The notes under the pieces: model-generated
Seen by the model: the letters and a program-made list of their open reading frames with translations, nothing else
What the model was told of the DNA's origin: nothing
The model's database searches: none
Shown: piece after piece, positions 27,101-39,175 of the stretch
How the letters are laid out: the number at the start of each line of letters is the position of its first letter
Position numbering within the stretch: the first letter of the stretch is position 1
NCBI RefSeq assembly: GCF_001194135.2
Contig: NC_068986.1
Coordinates: forward strand, 103,582,056-103,646,055
DNA from: Octopus bimaculoides
Lineage: Eukaryota
Reading direction: 5' to 3'
Length of the DNA: 64,000 nucleotides
Translations under genes and position numbers: made by a program

Positions 27101-27610
27101 NNNNNNNNNNNNNNNNNNNNNNNNNNNNNNNNNNNNNNNNNNNNNNNNNNNNNNNNNNNNNNNNNNNNNNNNNNNNNNNNNNNNNNNNNNNNNNNNNNNN
27201 NNNNNNNNNNNNNNNNNNNNNNNNNNNNNNNNNNNNNNNNNNNNNNNNNNNNNNNNNNNNNNNNNNNNNNNNNNNNNNNNNNNNNNNNNNNNNNNNNNNN
27301 NNNNNNNNNNNNNNNNNNNNNNNNNNNNNNNNNNNNNNNNNNNNNNNNNNNNNNNNNNNNNNNNNNNNNNNNNNNNNNNNNNNNNNNNNNNNNNNNNNNN
27401 NNNNNNNNNNNNNNNNNNNNNNNNNNNNNNNNNNNNNNNNNNNNNNNNNNNNNNNNNNNNNNNNNNNNNNNNNNNNNNNNNNNNNNNNNNNNNNNNNNNN
27501 NNNNNNNNNNNNNNNNNNNNNNNNNNNNNNNNNNNNNNNNNNNNNNNNNNNNNNNNNNNNNNNNNNNNNNNNNNNNNNNNNNNNNNNNNNNNNNNNNNNN
27601 NNNNNNNNNN

Positions 27611-27681
<71 letters not shown>

Positions 27682-28562
27682 TGTATGTATGTATGTATAT
27701 GTTTGTATGTCTGTGTTTGTCCCCCCAACATTGCTTAACAACCGATGCTTGTGTGTTTATGTCCCCATAGCTTAGCGGTTCAGCAAAAAAGACCGATAGA
27801 ATAAGTACTAGGCTTACAAAGAATAAATCCTGGGATCGCTATATTTGACTAAAAGCGGTGATCCAGCATGGCCGCAGTCAAATTGCTGAAACAAGTAAGA
27901 GTAAAAGAGAGAGTATATATATAAATTTAGGTCACGAATATACGGATTCAACTAATTCAGTGGTGCTCAAAAGAAAAACTCCTGTATAGAATATATAGTA
28001 CAATACAAGAGAAAAACATAAGGAGTGTATAAAGATAAGACAAAAGAAATTTCATTTTCCATTGGCTATCATCATCATCACATGACCGTTGACCATGCTG
28101 GTAAGCTGAGGGGTTTCTACAGATGGATGCCCTTCCTAATGCCAACCACTCCAAGGGTGTAATGGGTGCTTTTACGTGCCACTGGCACGGATGTCATTTG
28201 CATGACATCAGTATTTGCCACAACTACGATTTCACTTAGCCTGATGGGTCTTCTTCTCAAGCACAGAATATTGCCAACGGTTTCAATCATTTGTCATATA
28301 TATATTTACACACGCATATATCTATATACTCACAAACAAAAGATTATACATATATCATAAATAGATACAAGTATTATCATCAACATTGTTTCAATGTTTA
28401 TTTTTCCATGCTTGCATGAGTTCATGGAGGCAGATTTTTTCTAGGACTGGATACCCCTTCTGTAGTTAAATTTCATTCCTTGCTGTTTCCAATTAAGATA
28501 TAATATTTCCCACAGCTGGACATATTTCCAAAGAAGATTGGAAATGTAAACACCACTTGTAA

Positions 28563-28650
28563 GCAGGGCTGTAGAGTCGGGGTCGGAAATAATTATGGGG
28601 TAGATGGAGTCGGAGTCGGTAAAATGATACCGACTGTGATTCCGACTCAC
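28563..28650. mobile_element. Small hAT-like MITE remnant with GGAGTC repeats
   Basis: cagggctgtagagtcggggtcgg...ggagtcggagtcgg...ccgact..ccgactc internal inverted repeats. Confidence 0.4.
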
Positions 28651-28863
28651 AATGTTTTTCAGTTCTATATTTAAGTTAAAATAATAGACAGAAAACACCA
28701 CTGGAAAATATGAAAACTAAAATAAGCGGCACATATGCTTGGACACAAGAACCTCCTAAGCAGACCGAGTGCGGATATGAGTAGCATATGGGAACCGGTA
28801 TTAAGGAAAGGATAGGAAAATATTAGATTTATAAGCCCTAAAATTCACCCAATAACTGCTCAC

Positions 28864-29103
28864 GGGCATATGGCGTAGTGGTTAAGAGCGTGGGCTACTA
28901 ACCCCAAGATTCCGAGCTCGATTCCAAGCAGTGACCTGAACACTAATAATAATAATAATAACATCGAAAAATACCTTAGGTATGAGAACCCAGGTATGAA
29001 ATTTCCCCAAGACACCTGAAGAAGGCTAGAGGGTATATCAGCTGAAACGTGTTAACAACAAACAAGAATGAGGACAAATATCCATTGAATGTAAATAATG
29101 TAA
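28864..29103 (+). mobile_element. tRNA-headed, hammerhead-containing short element (family E), copy with full head
   Basis: A box TGGCGTAGTGG 28871-28881, B box-like GAGCTCGATTCC 28914-28925, (AAT)n spacer, conserved body ACATCGAAAAATACCTTAGG..., then the HHR motif. Confidence 0.8.
29011..29053 (+). ncRNA. Hammerhead motif with 3-nt deletion at stem III/I
   Basis: GACAC CUGAAGA A GGCUA gaggguauau CAGCU GAAAC GU GUU. Confidence 0.55.
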
Positions 29104-32100
29104 CAATGTCTTTATTCTTTAATATAAACCTGTTATATTATATAAGCCTACTCAAAGTACAAGCATAAAGAGGAGTTGAAGTCGGAATCAGAGGTGCCAA
29201 TAGTACAGAAGTCAGAGGTGAAGTTTTTTGTTTCGATTCCACAGCCCTGCTTGTAAGTAAATGTAGAAACATAAGCAACAAGACTAATGATGCAGAGCGC
29301 TGGAAACATAGCTGTTAGACATGTTGAAATAAAAGCCATGTCAGTACTTTCTGCTTGGAATAGCTGGAAAGACAGAGAATATGAGCAGCAGCACAAGCAG
29401 CAGCAATAAAAGCAGGTCCTAGAAACTGCTGTTACCAGAATCATCATCATCATCATGGTCATTTAACATCCATCTTCCATGCTGGCATGGGTTGGACAGT
29501 TTGACAGGAGCTGGCAAGCCAGGAAACTGCACAACGCTCCACTATCTGATTTGGTATAGTTTCTACAGCAGGACACCCTTCCTAACAAGAAGAAATCACC
29601 TTGACCATAGTGTCAGAAGCTGATGACCTGGGTTCTCCCTCCCTAGCAACTACTAATAATATTACTTCATCATCATCATCAACCACTTTTAACATCCAAT
29701 TTTCCATGTTTGCATGGGTCAAATTTTCTACATGCCCTTCCTGTTGCCAAGTTTTACTTGTTTCCAAGCAAGGAGATGGGGTGGGGGAACTATGCCATAT
29801 TTTGTAGAATAATTGTTTGTATGCAAGAATATAAGTATTTGCCTGTGTGTGTGTGTGTGTGTATGCTTGTGTGTCATCATCATTATCATCATTTAACATC
29901 CGTTTTCCATGCTGGCATGGATTGGACGGTTTGACTGAGGTCTGGAGAGCCAGCACCAGGCTCCAATCTTATCTGGCAATCTTTCTACAGCCGGATGCCC
30001 TTCCTAATGCCAACCACTCCGAGAGTGTAGTGAATACTTTTTATGTGCCACCAGCACAGGAGCCAGTCAGGCGGGCAGTGCATCAATCACTTTTGGATGG
30101 TGCTTTTTATGTGCCACTGGTACAAGAGCCAGTCAAGGTGTGTGCGTGTGTGTATATATATATACACACATACAAACACACACTCAGAGTGGTTGGTGTT
30201 AGGAAGACATACAGTTATAGAAACCTTGCTAGATCAGACTGGAGTCTGGTGGAGCCTTCTGGCTTGCCAGTCCTTAGTCAAACCATGAAAAGCGGACGTT
30301 AAATGATGACGATATCGATATGTCATCATCATTTAACACATATATATATGTATATATATATATCATCATCATCATTGTTCCATACTGGCATAGGTTGGAT
30401 GGTTTAACAGGAACCAATATGTCGAAGGTCTGCACTGAGCCCTGATGTCTCTATTTTGGCATGATTTTTACAGTTGGATGCCCTTCCTTATACCAACCAC
30501 TTTACGGTGTGGACAACATGCTTTTTTCATGCAACCTTATTGAGGTCATACAGATACATATTCTTTTCTACTCTAGGCACAAGACCCAAAATTTTGGGGG
30601 AGAGGTTCAGTTGATTAGATCGACCCCAGTACGCAACTGGTACTTAACTTATCAAGCCCGAAAGGATGAAAGGCAAAGTTGACCTTGGTGGAAATTGAGC
30701 TCAGAACATAAAGACAGACAAAATACTGCTAAGCATTTCGTCTGGCGTGCTCGGCTTGTCCCCTTCATACAATTAAGGTTTCCATATCTGCTTAGCAGCA
30801 CTGCCATAAGTTAGACGAGATTTATTGAGACAAGGTTTTACAGTCAAAAGATCCCTAACTAACCCTTGTTTCTCAAGTAACATCTTATCAATTCACTAGT
30901 TAGTCCAGACTCACCTAAACAGGCAAAAGTACTCAACTACCAGACTTTCATTCACCGAAGAACGTCAACAACATTATCAGTTTTGCTTAAATAATATCAA
31001 CAAAGACACTGAGTGGTTCAGCTATGAGATCTGGGTTACTTGCGTATGAGAGTTCTCACAGAAAACTGGTCGTACACACCATTATAACCTAGAAAACTAT
31101 AATAGACAACAATCAGTTTATTGTTAGTTAAGTATTTCATTTGTGGTCTCACTAGGAGGAATGTACCAAGGATGCTCTGTCCTAATATAAATCTGATCGG
31201 CATCCAGCAACAGAAAATCAACCTCAACAAATTCCATCAGACCCGTGTGAACACAGGAAAGTGGATGCTAAATAATGAAGCTGATCATATGAATACTATT
31301 AGTTGATACTATAACAGCTATGCATACCTATAATATAAATAAAAGGGTAAAGCACCCTTCTTGAACCCTATGGACTCATAAGGCCTGCTTTCCTGGTTTT
31401 CGTGGCATATATATATATATATTAATAAATTATAGGGTAGCAAAAAATTTTTTGAAATTTTATTTACCACCAGTGGTCTAGCGAGAGTAAAAAACAGTCA
31501 ATAGACTATGTATTATTCATTTAAAATGCAGAGATGCCTATAATAGGACATCTAACCCGCTAGAAATAGCAGCAAAAGACTACATCCCTAATATTGTGGT
31601 ATGTAGTCTTTTGCTGCNNNNNNNNNNNNNNNNNNNNNNNNNNNNNNNNNNNNNNNNNNNNNNNNNNNNNNNNNNNNNNNNNNNNNNNNNNNNNNNNNNN
31701 NNNNNNNNNNNNNNNNNNNNNNNNNNNNNNNNNNNNNNNNNNNNNNNNNNNNNNNNNNNNNNNNNNNNNNNNNNNNNNNNNNNNNNNNNNNNNNNNNNNN
31801 NNNNNNNNNNNNNNNNNNNNNNNNNNNNNNNNNNNNNNNNNNNNNNNNNNNNNNNNNNNNNNNNNNNNNNNNNNNNNNNNNNCAGCTGGATGCCCACTGG
31901 ACGGGACACTGGTCTGTTGCAGGGTTACTCATTTTGCCAGATGAGTGGACTGGAGAAGCATGAAATGAAGTGTTTTACTCAAGAACACAACGTTTCACCC
32001 GGTCCAGGAACTGAAACCACAACCTTACAATCATGAGCCCAAAACCCTAACCACTAAGCCATGTGCCTCCATATAATTGTTAGAATATAGTTGTACAATG

Positions 32101-33690
32101 CAGGGTAACCATGAATCCACTAGTGGAGCTGGGTGGGGTGTGGTCTGCCCCGGGCAGTACTTTTGGGTCTGTCGTAGGCAATATGTGATTTTTTTTAAAG
32201 CATGGAACAAAGTCCTACCAGGATTAACTGCACCCTTCACCTCTTTAGTGGGATCAATAAAATATAGTACCAGTGAAGGACTGGGGGTTGAAGCAACCGA
32301 CATGTCCCTTCCCTTCAAAATTGCTAGCCTTGAGGTCAGTGTCCCATTCAGGGGAATATTGTGATATTAGTCATCTATACATACACCATGGAAAGCAGGC
32401 AACCAGTCTTATGGAACATAGAGTTGAACCCTTTCGTTAATGTATTTATTTTGAGATGCTCTGTGTTTCTTTCAAATACTTCAAATATAACAAAGAATAT
32501 AGTAAAATTACTTAGTTATCATTCAGCTATAGGCGCAGGAGTGGCTGTATGGTAAGTAGCTTGCTTACCAACCACATGGTCCCGGGTTCAGTCCCATTGC
32601 GTGGCACCTTGGGCAAGTGTCTTCGGCTATGGCCACGGGCCAACCAAAGCCTTGTGAATGAATTTGGTAGACGGAAACTGGAAGGAGCCCGTTGTGTATG
32701 TATATATATGTTATATGTGTATGTGTGCGTGTGTGTATGATCGTCCCCCCCCAGCATCACTTGACAACCGATGCTGGTGTGTTTACATCCCCGTAACTTA
32801 ACGTTTCGGCAAAAGAGACTGATAGATTAAGTACTAGGCTTACAAAGAATAAGCTCTGGGGTCGATTTGCTTGACTATAAAGGCGGTGCTCCAGCATGGC
32901 CGCAGTCAAATGACTGAAACAAGTAAAAGAGTAAAAGAGTAGTATTAGGAACATAAATCGTGACTAAGGTTTGGAGGAAGATTTTAATTCAAAACTTATG
33001 AAAACAAGACATTTGTACTCAGAGCCAGAGGTGGTTTCAGTCGGGTTGGTAATGAAAGGGTTGAGAAGGATATAATGAACAGTCATTTTGACTCCTTTGT
33101 CTCTCTCACTATCAAAGTAGAGTTGACTCGTAACTTACCCATAGGAAACCTGTAACTAACCATGTTATTATCTCTTATCATTTACTAGTGTCAGGCATGA
33201 TACTGTGACCATGCTGGGGCACAGCGTGAAAGAACTTTTAGTTGAATGAATTGACCCTGGTACTTCCTGTCATTTTTTTAAAGCCTAGTACTTATTCTAT
33301 CGAGCTCTGTTGCCAAACCACTAAGTTTACATCCCTGTATGTATATGTATATACATATATATATATATAATTTTACCATAGTGTGAGCTCCTTGGGAAGT
33401 GCCTACCTATTACCTAGCAAAGTATGTGTGTATATATATATAAATATATATATATAAATTCTTTATTGCCCACAAGGGGCTAAACATAGAGGGGACAAAC
33501 AAGAACAGACAATGGGACTAAGTTGATTACATCGACCCCAGTGCGTAACTGGTACTTATTCAATCGACCCCGAAAGGATGAAAGGCAAAGTCAACCTTGG
33601 CGGAATTTGAACTCAGAACATAACGGCAGGCAAAATACCGTTAAGCATTTCGCCTGGCGTGCTAACGATTCTGCCAGCTCGACGCCTTTG

Positions 33691-33737
<47 letters not shown>

Positions 33738-36006
33738 TACATCATCATCATCGTTTAACGTCCGCTTTCCATGCTAGCATGGGTTGGACGATTTGACTGA
33801 GGACNNNNNNNNNNNNNNNNNNNNNNNNNNNNNNNNNNNNNNNNNNNNNNNNNNNNNNNNNNNNNNNNNNNNNNNNNNNNNNNNNNNNNNNNNNNNNNNN
33901 NNNNNNNNNNNNNNNNNNNNNNNNNNNNNNNNNNNNNNNNNNNNNNNNNNNNNNNNNNNNNNNNNNNNNNNNNNNNNNNNNNNNNNNNNNNNNNNNNNNN
34001 NNNNNNNNNNNNNNNNNNNNNNNNNNNNNNNNNNNNNNNNNNNNNNNNNNNNNNNNNNNNNNNNNNNNNNNNNNNNNNNNNNNNNNNNNNNNNNNNNNNN
34101 NNNNNNNNNNNNNNNNNNNNNNNNNNNNNNNNNNNNNNNNNNNNNNNNNNNNNNNNNNNNNNNNNNNNNNNNNNNNNNNNNNNNNNNNNNNNNNNNNNNN
34201 NNNNNNNNNNNNNNNNNNNNNNNNNNNNNNNNNNNNNNNNNNNNNNNNNNNNNNNNNNNNNNNNNNNNNNNNNNNNNNNNNNNNNNNNNNNNNNNNNNNN
34301 NNNNNNNNNNNNNNNNNNNNNNNNNNNNNNNNNNNNNNNNNNNNNNNNNNNNNNNNNNNNNNNNNNNNNNNNNNNNNNNNNNNNNNNNNNNNNNNNNNNN
34401 NNNNNNNNNNNNNNNNNNNNNNNNNNNNNNNNNNNNNNNNNNNNNNNNNNNNNNNNNNNNNNNNNNNNNNNNNNNNNNNNNNNNNNNNNNNNNNNNNNNN
34501 NNNNNNNNNNNNNNNNNNNNNNNNNNNNNNNNNNNNNNNNNNNNNNNNNNNNNNNNNNNNNNNNNNNNNNNNNNNNNNNNNNNNNNNNNNNNNNNNNNNN
34601 NNNNNNNNNNNNNNNNNNNNNNNNNNNNNNNNNNNNNNNNNNNNNNNNNNNNNNNNNNNNNNNNNNNNNNNNNNNNNNNNNNNNNNNNNNNNNNNNNNNN
34701 NNNNNNNNNNNNNNNNNNNNNNNNNNNNNNNNNNNNNNNNATATATATATATATACACACAACTACAACGGGCTGCTTTCAGTTTCAGTCCACAAAATCC
34801 ACTCAAAGTGTCACACAGTGGGCCTGAACTTCGAACCATGTGGTTGGGAAGCAAGCTTCTTACCACACAGCCACGCCTGCACTTAGCTCAAGATATATAA
34901 AAAATTAAATATAGTATAATATACGATTTAATAAATCTTAGTCTTAAGTTTGCTATCTGGCTTCAGGCTCATTAAACTAGAACTTAACCCAGTTTCCAAG
35001 ATAGATAATGTCAAAGTATGGGACAGCACACTAATTATGAGACAGGGTGGTCATGAACAAACAAACCTCAAGTTGACCAAGTGATTATTCAGTTCACCGA
35101 GACTATTGGATCTACAACAGCGACATGAACAACAGTGTTATGTAAAACTGGTAAAAACTGAAGATCTGTGACACTATCTTCCATTTGAATTTTCTCTTTC
35201 ATTTTGTTAAAGAGAGGAAGTGGAGGAGGGGATGCAGTAATCAGTCTCAACATATGTAAGTCAACGTAGGAAGTTAAAAATGTAGCCAGATAGGGAGAAG
35301 AAAAGAAAGAAAGAAAGAAAGAGTGCAACGAAGGTACACCCCCATCAAGATTTAAATACTTGCAACAAGGTGAACTCTGATAATGGCAGCCAAACTTGAT
35401 GCTATGCAGGTTTTATTAATATAGAGGTCAAAGGTTATCATTCTGCTTTGCTTAACTACAATATCTACACAGACCCTAATTATTCATACGAGATGGGTAG
35501 TGAGTATTTTCTCGGTATTAATGCTTGTAAACAAAGGAAACTATAATGAATACAACCATGTTAAATAATGCACATCTGTAGACGTATTTTTAATAAGACT
35601 GAATGACGTAACAACTTCATAGGACACTTACGTCATTCAACCGATAAAATACAAAATTCTTGTGTAACCTTCGATGCTATCTAACCATGATTCTGGCACT
35701 GTAAAAGTTCAAGCCATGTATTCACCTCATCGACAAGGAAACCTATCTCTGTCTTGTCTCTCTATCATATCCCTCAGTACTGTACCCTACTCAGTCACGT
35801 GCAGCACAAAGTTTTGTCAGTGTACAGGTTGTGGTTTCAAAGCGATGAAAATATTTTGATACAAATTAAATTTAAATGGTGAAGTGAAATTAATGGTTTT
35901 TGTGTGTTCTTAAATGGCTTACAAACATCTTCCATGCTGAAATTGCTTTTGTTTCAGCACACGATCTCAGATCAAGTCACTTACTATGTAAGTACATCTC
36001 CGTAAT

Positions 36007-36044
<38 letters not shown>

Positions 36045-36052
36045 TTCATATA

Positions 36053-37750
36053 CTGTAAAAATTCATGTAATTTACGCACTTTTTTTTCGCAAAAACAAAA
36101 ATAAACTTTAGTGGGTGTGTAAATTACAGGAGTAGATCGTTTCCAGAATTTATTTAGAAAGGTTTTGTGTTGAAAAATAACGTACAAATGTAGACATTTG
36201 TACCAGAAGTGGACTCATTTAATGTCAGAATAGGCTTTTACAGAAAAAATATAATGACGTTGACTTTTGTTTATCCTGGACAGTATAATGCTTCCTTTAC
36301 TTTTTCTGTATGAATTACTAAAACCATGAAATGGTCAACTACGTTTTGAAGTTTGATGTTCATGCTGGTAATCACGGTTCGGGCCATATTTTACATTGCT
36401 TGGAGTTTCTACCTATCGCAATGGAGCCCAGCAATTTCCTTAAAGAGATCAGTTTTTCTCTGCTTACGAAGTCTAGCTTGTGTTTGCCTCCAGGAAACTG
36501 TTGCTCGCTTCCTCCACGTTAGGGCAATGAAATTCATCACCACCAACATAATAATTCATCCTTGTGCATGTAAACTCATTAAGTGAATATGACTTAGCGT
36601 TCCTACAGAAACCTTCATTTACCTTATACAATGTTTAATTTCGTTTCACATTCATGTTGAATTATGCAGCAATCTTATGTTCTCTTCTTAGAACACTTGT
36701 AATGTATGTATTACCAGTTCTTTTGGTATAGTAGATTTTTACTATTCTTGTATATGTCTCCAAACAGATGTGTATATCCTAACAAGTCGCTTCTTAAATT
36801 TTATACCTCTGTTATTCAATAAACACTGAGTTAAACTCGTAAAGCTGTTTAATTTCTCCTTTCGATTTTTAATGTTTATTTTAGTGGGTTACCAAACTAT
36901 CAGTTTGGTCTCCCAGCTAAAACGGAAATGACAAATTTTTAAGTTTGTTTCACATTTTATAAGTGTGAAAGGGAATTAAAATTTTGATACTACATATCAA
37001 AAGTGCTGACAAGAATAGGTGGAAAATCAGAGCTTGAGAAAAGAAGACACTTTCGACCAATCAGAATTCTGTTTACATAATCAGTTTGATTTGTCACCTT
37101 CCTCTATCGGTTGAGTAAAGTGTCATCCAAGCTGATGTTTATAGGTAATTAAACTTATTTTGCAACACTTGTGCATTTTTATCAGTTTTTGTTGATAATT
37201 CTTATCAACTATTCCTGTAAACATGATTTGAGAAGACATACAGAAGTATGCTAAAGATCGAACATAATCTCTTGTGGGCAAGAATGTAAAATAAAGTTTA
37301 TTATAAACAACACAAACACTTCGTAATTTAATAGCTTTCAATTTGATACCTGTTAAAAAGAAATTATTTTTATTTAGTGAAAATTTAATAAAATCTAATC
37401 ACATCATCATCATCATCATCATCATCATCGTTTAACGTCCGCCTTCCATGCTAGCATGGGTTGGACGATTTGACTGAGGACTGGTGAAACCGGATGGCAA
37501 CACCAGGCTCCAGTCTGATTTGGCAGAGTTTCTACAGCTGGATGCCCTTCCTAACGCCAACCACTCAGAGAGTGTAAGTGAAATTATGCTAAATACAACT
37601 AAATTGAAAACCTTTTCCTCCTGGCCATATTGGCAATTCTGAAAACTTGGGTGCAAATTTTACAAAAGTAGAAGCTTTTTTTAACAATTTCCATCCTGAA
37701 AATCACCTGCGTAAATTACACAGGTGTGCAAATTACATAGGTTTTTACAG
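36053..37750. mobile_element. Degenerate ~1.7-kb TA-flanked TIR DNA transposon (Tc1/mariner-pogo-like), with SINE C inserted at ~37404-37577
   Basis: TA|CTGTAAAAATTCATGTAATTT left end; right end AAATTACATAGGTTTTTACAG|TA (rc CTGTAAAAACCTATGTAATTT). No intact ORF. Confidence 0.65.
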
Positions 37751-38773
37751 TATAAGCNNNNNNNNNNNNNNNNNNNNNNNNNNNNNNNNNNNNNNNNNNN
37801 NNNNNNNNNNNNNNNNNNNNNNNNNNNNNNNNNNNNNNNNNNNNNNNNNNNNNNNNNNNNNNNNNNNNNNNNNNNNNNNNNNNNNNNNNNNNNNNNNNNN
37901 NNNNNNNNNNNNNNNNNNNNNNNNNNNNNNNNNNNNNNNNNNNNNNNNNNNNNNNNNNNNNNNNNNNNNNNNNNNNNNNNNNNNNNNNNNNNNNNNNNNN
38001 NNNNNNNNNNNNNNNNNNNNNNNNNNNNNNNNNNNNNNNNNNNNNNNNNNNNNNNNNNNNNNNNNNNNNNNNNNNNNNNNNNNNNNNNNNNNNNNNNNNN
38101 NNNNNNNNNNNNNNNNNNNNNNNNNNNNNNNNNNNNNNNNNNNNNNNNNNNNNNNNNNNNNNNNNNNNNNNNNNNNNNNNNNNNNNNNNNNNNNNNNNNN
38201 NNNNNNNNNNNNNNNNNNNNNNNNNNNNNNNNNNNNTATATACATACATATATACGACGGGCTTCTTTCAGTTTCTGTCTACCAAATCCACTCACAAGGC
38301 TTTGGTTGGCCCGAGGCTATAGTAGAAGACACTTGCCCATGGTGCCACGCAGTGGGACTGAACTCAGAACCATGTGATTTGTAAGCAAGCTACTTACCAC
38401 ACAGCCACTCCATAAATATATATATATATACATATAAAAATATTTCATATATATATATATATACATATAAAAATATTTCATATATATATACACATATATA
38501 TATATACATATATATGCACACACACACTTCTTCAAAACTGTATCCATGTGCCTCTATTCAAAAGTATTATTATTATCACCCTGCCATCATCTCTCTTTCC
38601 TTCAATATTCTCTCCCCACAGCATCCTAGGATTCTTCCCAGCATCATTTATGCTCATTGAAATACCAGGTTTAATATTATTGACTCAAATTCTTGAAGGC
38701 ATTACTGACTTTACCCCTAGTGATTGAAACTAGTTAAAGAATGCAAAAAACCCATATTGGTTTCTTAACTTAC

Positions 38774-39016
38774 CGTAGACATACATAGATTCCAAATGAA
38801 ACTCTTGGTCGGTTTGTTAGTATATTCTGAGACAGTTCCAATGCATTGTAACCTGGTGAACGTAATCCAACGAAAGTTTGGGGCGCAAGGGAGTGTGTGG
38901 AGACCGGAGACGGAACATACACCGAAGAATGGTGAAACGTGGCAACTGAGGATTGTAGTCGTGTTTTCAGAACTTCAAGTGGACATGTTATGATAGCACC
39001 TACTGTACCACCAATT
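38774..39016 (-). CDS. SLC25A36: SLC25A36-like coding exon 2 (243 nt)
   Basis: ttttcag|A ATT GGT GGT ACA GTA GGT GCT ATC ATA ACA TGT CCA CTT GAA GTT CTG AAA ACA CGA CTA CAA ... TGT CTA CG|gtaagt, translating to [23 protein letters not shown]...CLR. Not in the ORF track because it has no ATG. Confidence 0.95.
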
Positions 39017-39093
39017 CTGAAAATAGAAAAATTATTTATATAAATACATGTACAAAGATATATATATTGGTAACTATATAAAAAAAAAATACT

Positions 39094-39175
39094 GCTACAG
39101 TAATCGACTATCGTGGGGTATTACATTCCAAAAGCACCACCCAATAGGTGAAAATTCATGAAGTAGAAACAGCAC
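39094..39175 (+). mobile_element. Tigger/pogo-like MITE end, CpG-decayed
   Basis: gactatcgtggggtattacattcc...ggtgaaaattcatgaagtagaaacag is homologous to the reverse complement of 44225-44305. Confidence 0.55.

Noticed and set aside
28864-28936. Possible tRNA gene
   Set aside because: The acceptor stem does not pair properly and the sequence is the head of a repeated element; treated as a SINE-type head.
29160-29410. Semi-open frame EELKSESEVPIVQKSEVK...SAWNSWKDREYEQQ next to a hammerhead element
   Set aside because: Two internal stops and no recognisable family, so I cannot support a Penelope or pseudogene call without a search.
1086-30302. Recurring short ORFs such as MAEFLQLDALPNANHSESVVGAF and MFIERKHLK
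   Set aside because: They are translations of SINE families C and D, with frameshifts between copies; not genes.
35600-35639. 12-bp perfect inverted repeat TGAATGACGTAA/TTACGTCATTCA
   Set aside because: Single short instance with no family context visible.
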